A DNA stretch of 46,661 bases. Origin: Fonticula alba ATCC 38817 (taxonomy: Eukaryota; Protista; Nucleariida). The stretch is from NCBI GenBank assembly GCA_000388065.2, contig KB932202.1, one strand, 5' to 3'. A model generated the notes under the pieces. The model ran no database searches, was not told the origin of the DNA, and saw only the letters and a list, made by a program, of their open reading frames with translations. This document shows, piece after piece, positions 1-11,300 of this stretch. A program made the translations under genes and the position numbers. The first letter of the stretch is position 1. Every line of letters starts with the position of its first letter.

Positions 1-93
1 CCCGCCCCCCTCCCCTCGGTTCCCTCCCCCCTTCGCGCTGCACCACACTGCACGCCCTCCACCCCTCTGCATATGGGGCCTCACTGGGCATAG

Positions 94-2225
94 ACCTCGA
101 GTTGGCGACCGAGGCCGCGCGAACCGACGAGGGCCAGGCCCTGTCGCGCGCCGGGTCCCAGGCCTCCCTGGAGTCGCTCGAGAGCCAGGTGGCCAAACTC
201 CAAGCGGACCTGGCCCATTCGCAGGCCGATGTGCAGAGTCTGACCGACGAGCAGGCCCGGCTGCGGGAGGCCAATCAGATCCTGCGGGCCGAGCTGGCCG
301 AGCGTCGCATGGCTCTGACCGACATCCGAAAGGAGGCCCTCCGGCTGCAGGACGAGCTGGCCGAGAGCCGGCGCGATGCGACCGCCATGCGGTCCTCGAC
401 GGCCCTGTTGCAGGCCCGGTGGACCGAGGCCCTGGGCCGGGCGGCGGCCGCGCGCGATGAGCTCGCCGCCTCCGAGTCGCTGGTGGCCGCCTCGGAGGAG
501 GCTCTTGCGGCGGCTCGGCGCGAGGCCGGCCAGGCCCGGGCCGATGCCGATGCCGCGCGCGTCGAGGCCGCCACCTCCAAGCGCCGTGTGACGGACCTCC
601 AGCGGCGCGTGGACCGCCTGGCCAACGAGCCCTGCTCCCGGTGCCAGGCCGGCGGCGGCGGCGGCGGCGGCGGCATGGGGGCCGACCTGTCCGGCGGCGG
701 CCGGAGCCCGGGAGGGGCCTCCCTGGCCGATGCCGGCGGCGGGCTGGACTCCCCGCTGCCGGTGAATACCCTGTCCAGTGGGTCCTCCTCATTGCGTGCG
801 CGTCTCCGCATGACCGCGCGCCCGGTGCTGGACATGACCGCCTTCTCGCCGGCCGTGGCCGCGGCCGCCGAGTCGGTCGGCATGTCGCCGCGCACGGTGG
901 CCGCCGTGTCCGGGGCCGCCAACTGCTGTCCCGGTGGTCCCGGCGGCGGTGGGGCCGGTGGCATGGGCACCGGCGCGACCGGGGTCCGGGTCAGTGCCAC
1001 CACCGCCGAGGGCCTGGCCCTGCGTGCGGCCCGGCGCGACTCGGCCACCCGGCCGGCCGAGTCGTCACCGTTGCGCTCGCGCAGCGGCGTCCGCCCGGCG
1101 ACCAGCAATGGTGATGATGACGATGATGATGATGATGATGATGATGATGACGATGCCGGCGGCGGTGGCTGCGTGCAGGGCGCGGCCGATGCCACGGCAA
1201 CTGCCCCCATTCCCGGCTCCTCCTCTTGCTCCTCCTCCTCCTCCTCGTCCTCGGTGGCGGGGGCAGCGGCGGCGGCCGCAGTCGAGGTTGATACCCCGCC
1301 GCTCGGGAGGCTTGGCGGCGACGCCGGCCACCTGCCCGGCCCTGCCGGAGGGTCAGGCCGGCTCTCCTCTTCGGCCCCGGCGTCGACCATTCCACGGGCT
1401 GCAGCCACCTTGGAGGCGGACATCGCCTCCGGCGGGACCTCGCTCTCGCCGCTGTTGGCCACGCGCCCTGTGGCCGGATCGTCGCTGTCTTCCTCCTCCT
1501 CCTCCTCCTCCTCCTCCTCCTCCTCCTCCTCGTCAGGGGCGGCGGGGGCCACCGGGGATGGGCCCGTGCGCGGCCGCTACCGCGGCACCACCTCCTCCAC
1601 CCTGTCGTCGGTTTACGTGCCGCGCTCGCTGTCTCCCCCGTCCTCCGGATCGCACTACCACGCCGGCGGCCGGCCACGATCCTTCAGCGGTGCCGCGTCG
1701 CTCGACCCCGCCGACCGGCCTCGACCCAGCTCGATGTACGCCTCGCCGGCTGGCAGCAGTGTCTCCAGTTTCCCGACACCGCCCGCTGAGCCCGGGGCGC
1801 GTGCGTCCTCCCCCCCGTCCTCTTCCTCTTCCTCCTCTTCCTCTTCACAGATCCCCCCCTCCTTCCAGCTGTCGGCTCGGGTGGCCACGGCATCCGGCGG
1901 CGGCGGCGGCAGCAGCAGCAGCAACAGTCTCCGGTCGCGCAGCATGTCCTTCACCACGGCGCCCGATCTGGGCTCCGGGTCGGCCGGCGGCGGGGGCGGG
2001 GCCGGCGGCGGGGGTGGCGGCCATGCCGGCACCAGCGGCGGTGGCGGCCACCTGCGGTCGTTGTCCACGTCGTCCTTCAGCGGGTCCGGCTCCCCGGCGG
2101 TCGGTGCCGGCACCACCTCCCGGGCCACGAATGAGACTTACACCCCGGGGTCGCGGCGCATCTCGGCTCTCTTCGGCGAGCCGATCAACTTCACCCGGCC
2201 CAAGCTCCAGACCACGCAGCCCTGA
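94..2225 (+). CDS. 3' terminal exon of an unknown protein: N-terminal coiled coil (~175 aa) followed by a long Ser/Gly/Asp-rich low-complexity tail; 5' exons lie outside the window
   Basis: Pyrimidine-rich intron end with AG at 92-93, then an open frame to TGA 2223-2225. Heptad-like segment (LESLESQVAKLQADLAHSQADVQSLTDEQARLREANQILRAEL...) ends at CSRC. Poly-D, poly-S and poly-G tracts follow. No recognised domain. Confidence 0.75.
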
Positions 2226-3158
2226 TTCCCGGGGACGCGGAGGCCAAGAAGCCGGCGCCAGCGGGGGCCGCGAGGCCGGGGGACGTGTACCAATGGACAC
2301 GCCCCCTTCTCATTCCTCCAGCATCGCACAAGATGCGCGCATATGCTACCTGCTGCTGTTGTTGTTGTGGTTGGCGGTGGAGGCCTTTTTTTCTCTTTTG
2401 CTGCACTGCTGGTCTCATCGAGGCAGAGGGGGAAGTCTCTTCGAGCCCGCTCTTGGAGGATGCCAAGTGGGCAGGAGGGGAACGAGGGGGGGGGGGGGGG
2501 GGGGGGAGAGGGCGTTCGGACGACTCTTCCAGTCTTTCTTCCCACCCAGTCCTCCTCCCCCTCTCTGCTCTTTCCCCTCAATAGACACAGGGAGCGCTCG
2601 CTGCTTCTCTCAGCCTCTTCGGCCCGCACGCGCCCGTGTGAAGAAGTCTCTAGGCGGGGCGGAGAAAGGGGGTCCCTGGGCCGGGGGCGGGGCGCCATCT
2701 GCCGCGCCCTTCTTTTGGGCTCTTTCTTGCCAGACCCCCCCCGGTCCGGCCCCTGCGAGCCGGCCCCACCACCAGCCGCACAGCCCTGCCATCCACCCGC
2801 GCGCACGTCCCCCTCCTGCACACAACATATGCCCTTCATGCATCCGCCCGTACCAATAGACACATCTCGCAGGAGGAGGGCCCCCGATGCTCGCGAGAGG
2901 CGGGGAACCGGGAGCCGAGCCCGGCCGACGCGCCGATCGCAGCCCCCCCCCCCCCTCGCCTGGTGCCCCCGGACTACGCACGCGCCCCGGGGGGTTACAT
3001 CACTTCTGCCAAGGGGTGGGGGCGGGCGGGGGTAGCGGCGGCGGCCGATCATCCCCCCCCGGCCCCGGCGCCGAGGCCGGAGGCGGAGGAGCCCAGCCAG
3101 CCGGCCGACCATCGGTCCCCGAGCCCCAAGCACAGTGAGGTGGCCTCCGGGGGGGGGG

Positions 3159-3642
3159 NNNNNNNNNNNNNNNNNNNNNNNNNNNNNNNNNNNNNNNNNN
3201 NNNNNNNNNNNNNNNNNNNNNNNNNNNNNNNNNNNNNNNNNNNNNNNNNNNNNNNNNNNNNNNNNNNNNNNNNNNNNNNNNNNNNNNNNNNNNNNNNNNN
3301 NNNNNNNNNNNNNNNNNNNNNNNNNNNNNNNNNNNNNNNNNNNNNNNNNNNNNNNNNNNNNNNNNNNNNNNNNNNNNNNNNNNNNNNNNNNNNNNNNNNN
3401 NNNNNNNNNNNNNNNNNNNNNNNNNNNNNNNNNNNNNNNNNNNNNNNNNNNNNNNNNNNNNNNNNNNNNNNNNNNNNNNNNNNNNNNNNNNNNNNNNNNN
3501 NNNNNNNNNNNNNNNNNNNNNNNNNNNNNNNNNNNNNNNNNNNNNNNNNNNNNNNNNNNNNNNNNNNNNNNNNNNNNNNNNNNNNNNNNNNNNNNNNNNN
3601 NNNNNNNNNNNNNNNNNNNNNNNNNNNNNNNNNNNNNNNNNN
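3159..3642. other. Assembly gap (N run); other gaps at 7898-8362, 26836-27091, 28671-28900, 32735-32744, 34330-34339, 41862-42302, 44885-45069
   Basis: N runs, mostly flanked by G/C homopolymers or microsatellites. Confidence 0.99.
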
Positions 3643-6600
3643 TGTTTTCCGGCGCGCTGTCCTCCCTCTATTCTTCGGCTCCGGTGGTCGACCCTGTTCT
3701 CCTCCGGGCAGTCAGTGCGTCGCACATGCGCCAGTTCGTTCCCCTTGCGGCTCCGGTGCAGCCTGTCTGACATCCACCCCCCTCGCCTGGCAAAGCCAAC
3801 CTGACCATCGATGGCCGGGACGAGATCTCCTTCATCTCCGATCGTCTGGACATGGCCGAGAGCCTGCGTGATAACCCCACCAAGTGCGCCCCCCCCCCCT
3901 CCTTGCCTCGCTCTGGCGCCCCTCCAGGGCTCCCTTCTGACCCTGCTCTCTCTCTCTCTCTCTCTCCCTCCCCCCCCATGTGTCGGCCTGTTGGCTCTCA
4001 CGCAGGTCCGTCGACTTCGTCAAGGTGATCATCCAACGCATCAACGACCTGTTTATGAACGATTCCCCCAGCATGGACTACATCTCCCTCGAGCATGTTG
4101 TCTCGGTGCGTGCGCTTGCTCTCCTCCCCTCCGCTCCCCGTGTCTGGCGATCCGGACTGACCCCCGCATCCGCTCAGCTGCTGGATCTGTGTGTCAAGAA
4201 TTCCGGCCAGGCTTTCCACCAGGCCTTCCACGATAACCGGACCCTGCTCGATCGTCTGGTTGTGCTTCTCCACGCTCGCGTGCGTCCATCGGAAGGCACC
4301 TTCTTCGGCCATTTGTTCGGCCTCCCTCTGCCCTCCCCTTCCCGCCGGGCCGTGTATTGACTTCGCCTCGCGCTCCCCCTTCGGGCCTCTCCCCCTTGCG
4401 GCCGATAGAACGCGCCCCCTTCACTGAAGAACATGCTGGCCACCACATTCGGCGAGTGGGCATACCAAAACCCCCCGGCGCCCAACCAGCCCAATGACAC
4501 GCTGAGCTTCCTGCGTAATGAGGCCCACTCGCTCAAGGCCCAGGGCGTGCCGATTGTCTTCCCGAGCATCCGGAGCAGTAGCTCCGGCAGCGGGTCCAGC
4601 AGCGGCAGCGGCAGCAGCAGCAGCAGTTCCACCAAGCGGCGCTCCTCCCGGTCCAAGCGTTCAGGCTCCTCCAAGTCCGGGTCCTCCTCGTCCTCGTCCT
4701 CGCGCCCGACCGACGGCATCGACCCGGTGGCCCAGTCCGAAGAGGAGCAAATTGCCCTGGCCATTCGTCTGTCCCTCGAAGAGAGCGGCCATCAGAACCT
4801 GCCGGAGCAGGCCCCCGTGCCACACCTGGTCGCCGCCCACCATTCGCAGGTAGGTTACCTGGCGGTCCTCCTGGCTGGGCCTTTTTCTTGCTTTTTTTTT
4901 TTTTCACTGCTAAGCCCTGGCTGGGGTTCTTCTTTCTCACCCTCCCCATCGCGCCTGCTCTCTCTCTCTCATCTCTGATCTCTCATCTCTGATCTCCGAT
5001 TTCTTCCCCCCTCTCCCCTCCTCCTCCATCAACCCCTCTAGGCATCGGCGTTTGCCCCCGGGCAGCTGGTCATGGCTGTCCTCCCCCTGCGCGGGGAGTT
5101 GACCTTTGCGGTGGGCGACATCTTGCGCATCAGCGAAACCGCCAGCGCGGCCCACTGGCTCAAGGGTCATGTGGTGTTGGATGCGCAGTTCCGGCCGCCA
5201 GCGCACGAAGCCACCGGCACCTTCATGGCTCAGTATGTGCGCCCACTTGGGCCGGAGGAGACCGCCCAGGCTGAAGCGGTCCTGCTGGCGGCCGGTTCTG
5301 GCGGCGGCCCGGGCGGCTCGTTTGCCGAAGGGCGCGACGTTGTCTTCCCCACCATGGACTTTGTGCAGCTGCTGACCCGGGCACAGGCGCGCTTCGCCTC
5401 GACCGAGCCGCCCATTCGCGACCTCCAGGCTCGTGTACGTGTGCATGGGGGTGTGCCCACCCGCATGGGGCCCCTGGTCGATCCTCTTCTGTCGGCCGTC
5501 TTTTCCGCCTCCCCTCCTGGACTCTCGCTTTTTTGATCTTTTTGTGGTCCTCCTCCCTCGCCCTCTCTCCCTCTCTCGCCCATGCGCTCACCCACTCGTT
5601 CTTTTTTTCTGCCCATACTGTTGCATCTTGGCCACCGCTCAGCTGGCCTCCCTGCAACTGGAGAATGGCGTGGCCCCGGAGCAGCTCAACGAAATCAATA
5701 CCATGGAGTCCCGGGCGAAGTCCGTGCGGCCGGAAATTGTCGCCGGACTGGTGGACATCACGGATGCCCGGTCCAAGCTTGGCCGGCTGCGGGAGGAATT
5801 CCTCGAGGCGGTGTCCCTCTATGAAGGCCTGCTGGAGCAGGCAGTGTCCCATGCGGCGGCGGCGGCCGGGCCGGTTGGCGGCCCTGGGCCCGGGGCCACC
5901 ATGCACCAGGCCTTCTCCCATCCGGGGGCCGGTCCGTCATCCTACCCCCCGCCCTCGCCGTCGGCGGTCTTCCCGAATCCCAACCTGGCGGGCGGGTCCT
6001 TCGGTGGGGCGCCGGGGCAAGCTGCTCACCATATGCATGGCCCGGCTCCCGGCCACGGCAGCGGCCAGCACCCCCACCACTACGGTCAGCAGGGGCCGCC
6101 AAATCGGTCGGGCCATGGCGCCGCCGAGGCGCATGGTGTTGGCTCGCGGCCGAGTCCGTCAGTCTCGTATCAGCAGCAGCCGCCGCCGCCGCCGCATCAG
6201 CAGCCGCCGCCGCACCCGCAGCCGCATCACCCCCACCATCATCAGCAACATCACCATCATCAACACCACCAGCCGCAGGCGCAGCCCCATCAGCCAGAGC
6301 AGCAGCGCCCGCCGGCCTCCTACGCTGGTCAGCCGCCGCACCATCATTCTCCCCAGCCGACACCGCCGGGCCAGTATCCGCGGGCATCAGGCCAGCAGCC
6401 GCATCAGGCCTCTCCCCCTCAGCACCCGCAGCATCAGCTCCCTCAGCAGGGCGAGCCCGTGCCCCCGCCCCATCTTGCCCCCTCGTCTCCCTATCTTACG
6501 GCTTCCCACTATTCGGCTGAGCAGGTGCAGCCGTCGCATCCCCACCAGCCGTCGCATCCCCACCAGCCGTCGCATCCCCACCAGCCTCAGCAGCCTCAGC

Positions 6601-7655
6601 ACCATTATCAGCCCCAGCAGCCTCAGCAGCCCCAGCAACATTATCAGTCTCACCAGCCTCACCAGCCTCACCAGCCTCATCAGGCTCACCAGCCCCACCA
6701 GCCGCACCAGCCCCACCAGCAGACGGCTTCGGCTCCAGCTCCCCCGGTGGTCGAGCAGCAGCCATCCCTGCTTGACGTCTCGGGCCAAGGCACAGCTTCC
6801 GGCCCCGCCTCTCAGCAGCCACCTCAGCCGCAGATTAGCTCTCTTGACGCCTTGTTCAAGGACATGTCCCTGCTGACGCCGGCCATGCCGGTCACCGCGG
6901 CGGCCTCGCCCTCCCCCCCGCCATCGTCCTCGGTGGGCAATGCGGCCCCCGGGCCAGGCCAGCCCGGCAGCCCGCCCCACCCGAGCTACCACCCCGCGGC
7001 TGATCTCGGCTCGGGCCTCGGTTTGGAGCCCGCCTCGCCGAAGGCCGCTGCCCGCGTCGGTGCCTCGGTGTTCGATGGTCGGCCGAGCCAGTACCCGCAC
7101 CTGGCAACTGGCCCCCACCCATCGCACCATCACCCCCCGGGCATGATGATGTCGTCCCCCCCGCCGCAGAGCCACGCATCCAACATCCAGCCCCCCCCCG
7201 GGGCCGGTCCGCATGGCTTCCCCCAGGCGTCGCAGCACCCCCCCGGCGCGCCGGAGCAACCGCAGCCGCAGCCGCAGCCGCAGCCGCAGCCGCAGCAGTA
7301 CCCCGGCACCGGCCCATATCCTCCTCACCACTCCGGCCATCCTCACCAGCCGCACCAGCAGCCACTACCGCCGTCGCAGCAGCAGCAGCAGCAGCAGCAG
7401 CAACACTATTACAACGGCGGATCGCCCTCCAGCTATGCGGCCATGCCGGCGATGCCTGCTGCCGCCCCGGTGTCGGCCCCGGCGCCAGCCCCGCCGAAGC
7501 CGGCCGAAATCCGTGCGTCCCCACTGCCGGCCCCTGTGCCCGACATTCTGCCGGGGCGCATATTGCGCGCATACCCGCTCGCGCCCCGAAGCACCCCCAC
7601 TGACCCCTTTCCACGCACTGTTGCCACGCGTCACCGGACCATGCGCGCCCGGCCA

Positions 7656-7736
<81 letters not shown>

Positions 7737-7780
7737 GCGCTTGTGTCCCGGGACGTCCAGCCAATCTCATTGACCTCTGA
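3642..7780 (+). CDS. STAM: ESCRT-0 subunit STAM/Hse1 homolog (VHS-UIM-SH3-GAT-like, P/Q/H-rich tail), ~1028 aa
   Basis: Model join(3642..3714,3796..3883,4006..4105,4178..4279,4409..4849,5042..5434,5643..7512,7761..7780); phases are consistent, and the A of the ATG is the last N of the gap. VHS: LLDLCVKNSGQAFH...FGEWAY...LKAQGVPIVFP. UIM: EEEQIALAIRLSLEES. SH3: ELTFAVGDILRI...HWLKG...GTFMAQYV. A GAT-like helical region follows, and the C-terminus is NLIDL*. Confidence 0.9.
6528..6581 (+). repeat. Coding tandem repeat, 3 x 18 nt (CAGCCGTCGCATCCCCAC, QPSHPH) in the STAM tail
   Basis: Three exact consecutive copies read directly from the sequence. Confidence 0.9.
7659..7732 (+). repeat. (AC)n microsatellite in the last STAM intron
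   Basis: Uninterrupted AC run of about 37 units. Confidence 0.95.
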
Positions 7781-8362
7781 GCCAGGGCGAGAGGAGACAT
7801 GTGTAACACCCGGCGGAGAAGACGCGCCCCGCCGCACCGCCGGGGGGCGGGAACAGCCGCGCCGCCCGCTCTCCGTGGCCCCTTTTTTGTGCCCCCCNNN
7901 NNNNNNNNNNNNNNNNNNNNNNNNNNNNNNNNNNNNNNNNNNNNNNNNNNNNNNNNNNNNNNNNNNNNNNNNNNNNNNNNNNNNNNNNNNNNNNNNNNNN
8001 NNNNNNNNNNNNNNNNNNNNNNNNNNNNNNNNNNNNNNNNNNNNNNNNNNNNNNNNNNNNNNNNNNNNNNNNNNNNNNNNNNNNNNNNNNNNNNNNNNNN
8101 NNNNNNNNNNNNNNNNNNNNNNNNNNNNNNNNNNNNNNNNNNNNNNNNNNNNNNNNNNNNNNNNNNNNNNNNNNNNNNNNNNNNNNNNNNNNNNNNNNNN
8201 NNNNNNNNNNNNNNNNNNNNNNNNNNNNNNNNNNNNNNNNNNNNNNNNNNNNNNNNNNNNNNNNNNNNNNNNNNNNNNNNNNNNNNNNNNNNNNNNNNNN
8301 NNNNNNNNNNNNNNNNNNNNNNNNNNNNNNNNNNNNNNNNNNNNNNNNNNNNNNNNNNNNNN

Positions 8363-11300
8363 GGCGCCACGGCTGCGCTGGCCGCCGTTGCCGGTCGGCC
8401 TCCGCCGCCCGGTGGACGGCTCCCTAGCTGCCTGTCCCCCCACCGGGTAACCTGCTTCAGCCTGCTTGCCAGCAGCCTGCAGCCGCTGGGCGCGCAGTGC
8501 CCACACCGGCCGGGGTCCGAGGCGTCGGACGCCGCCGCGTCTCCGTGCGGCCGGTGCGTGTCACCGCCGGCCGGGGATCGGCCCTCGGCGCGCGACCTGG
8601 CCCTCGAGGTCCGCACCCGGCGCCTGCTGTTCATCCTCTCGGAGTTGACCCTGCACGAGGTTCGTGGCCCTGTTTCTTGATTGCACCACCGGTTGCGCTC
8701 CTGCCCCGGCCCCCTCGCCGGAGGGCGCATGTCACGCATTTCCCCGTCGCAGGCTGACTAATGCACGCGCCCGGGCCTCGCCCGGTCCCAGGGCAATGCC
8801 ACCGATGCGGAGCTGCTCTCATGCCGGGAGTTTCGCCGGCGCCTGGCGGCGGCGGCCGGCGTCGACGCGACCACCGGCCTGCGCGCGGCCGCCCTCCCGC
8901 CCAGCCGCCCGGCGGACCACCTGTTCTTCATGCAGCTAGGCCATGCCGTGCGTTCTGCTGGGCCTCGGGCCTTCCTTCTTTTTTCTTTTTTTTTTTGCCC
9001 CCTTCACCCGTGCGCTGTCCTGACCCGCGGGACCGGTCCCCTCCCCCCCCCCCCCGCACCCCGAGGGTATGCCCGCAGCCAAGGACTCCATCATCCAGCT
9101 GGCCAACTGTACGCCCCCCCTTCGATGTGCCTTCTGTCCGCCTCCGCCTCCGCCTCCCCCCTCCTACTCGCGTGTGCTCGCCCAGCCGGTGGGGCTCCGG
9201 CCCGGATGTGGCATTTGTGATTGCTCACGCTGGCGCTCACCGACCGGTCGCACAGACCTCCGCGGGCTCCTGGTCCTGGGCCTGCCTCTGGACCCCGAGG
9301 GCCCGCCGGCGCAGGACGCCGACGGGGTGGAGCTCCTCCTCCGGAACCCCTCCAGCCCGCTCGCGGTGCACACCCGGCGCTGGACCGTCGATGTGGTCCA
9401 GCTCCTGACGCGCACCGCCTCGGAGCAGCTCTTCTTCGTGGCCCGGCGCTCGCTGGCCGAGTGGGGGGCTCGTGGGCCCCTGGCCGCCGGCGCCGCCGGC
9501 CGGGCCTCGCTCGCTCCGCCCGCCGGCATCGACCCGTCGCCCCCCTGCGGCCGGTATCCCCGGTGCGTTTGCCGCCGGGCTGTTCCCTCCCCCCTTCCCG
9601 GACTCGCCCGGCGTCCCGATGCGCAGGCTGACCCTCTCCCTCCCCCCCCGCCCCCCGCCCCCCGCCCCCCGCCCCCCTCGCGAGGACAGCCTTGACCCGG
9701 ATGCCGAGCGTGCGCGCGTCCACGCCATCGTCGACCAGGGCCTTCGCTTTGGGCACCTGAATTCGGTGAGCCTCGGGCCGCAGCTGGTCACCGAGCACCG
9801 GGCCGCCCTGTCGCAGAGCCCGGGCCCGGTATGCTCCGGGGCGGTGTGGCAATTGGCCGCGGGCCGGCCGGTGGCCCCCCCGGGCTCCCCCTCGCCCGGG
9901 CACTTTCCCCTGTGCGTGGGATGGCTGCGCGCCTGGGCGGCGCTGGGGGCCAGATTGGCCGGGCTGGCGCGCGGGGCCCCCTCCCCCGGGGGGCTGGTGA
10001 CCGAGGCCCGGCGCCTGGCCCAGGACCAGGGCGACCTGGCATCCGTGGCCCGGCAGGACATCTGGCGCTCGCTGCAGCCCGGGGCCTTCGGCGTGCGGGC
10101 CGGCTCCCAGGCGGCCATTTTGGCCCGGCTGGCGGCCCTCCTGCAGGTGGCGCAGCAGGTGGAGTGCCTGCTGCTGCCGGACTCGGTCCTTCGGCAGGGG
10201 TTCTCCCTGGCTGGGAGTGGCTCCGGAGCCGGGGCCACCGGGGCCGGTGGCAGTGCCGGCGCCGGCGGTGGCACCGGGGCCGGCCTTGTGTCTCTGGTCC
10301 TCGGCGGCGGGCGGCTCTTTGGCCAGCGGGCCGGGCACCCTCCCCCCGGGGCCGGGTCGGCTCCCGGAGCCCCGGTGCCCCCGCTGAGTCCCATGCTGGT
10401 GGGAGCCATCCAGGCGGCGGCCAGTGCCGCGTACGATGCGGCCCCGTCAACTGGGCGCCGGCTGGCCGATGCATCGGTCGACGCGGCCCTTCGTGGCCTG
10501 TCGCTGGGCCTGGCGCGCTGGTTGCTCCTCGGTGGGGCTGGCCCCGGACCGGGCGCGCCCCAGGCCGGCATGGCCGGGCCCTGGGCCCGGGACACCGATG
10601 CCCCGGGCGATGAGGGCCCCCGGTCGCCGGCGGCCGAAGGCGCCCCGGCGGCCACCGGCGGCCCGGCCCTCAGCCAAGTCCTGGCGGCGCTGGCGACCAC
10701 CGGCATGCCGCTGCCGCCCTGGGTGTCGGCCGCCCTGGCCAAGACCCTGACCAACCCGGAGGAGACCTACTCGCCGATGGTGGCGGTGCCAAGCGGCCAG
10801 GCGGGCATCCCGGACGTGGCGTCCGGCGTGCTTGCGGCGCTGGACTTCGCCCGGCGGCCCACCCTCTCCAGCAGCCGCGAGGTGGAGCAGTGGCGCTTTG
10901 AGGCGCGGCTGACGGCCGCCCACTGCTGGACGCTCTTTGGTGCGTTTCCCCCCCCCCCCCGCCCGGCGTGGTCGCCTCCGCCGAAGAGGGCCTCGGCCCG
11001 CGGCTCGGGCCCGCTCTAGGGCACTAACCCATGCGGCATGTCTCCCCGTCCGTCCTCCGGCCGGCCGGGCCCCTCTTGTTCGTCGCCTTTCCCCCTTGAC
11101 CAGGCTTCACAACCATTGCCCAGCACTACCTGGGCGCCAAGCAACGTGGGCCGACCGGCGTCGCCCCGGCTGAGGTGCCGGACTCGGACATCCGCCTGCG
11201 TGTGTCCCGGTGGCAGGAGGTGCGCCCGTGCGCCGGCTTTTTCGACGGCAAAACCCCTTTTTGCTTCTGTCCTCCCATCGCCGGCTCCTTTTCTTGCTCC

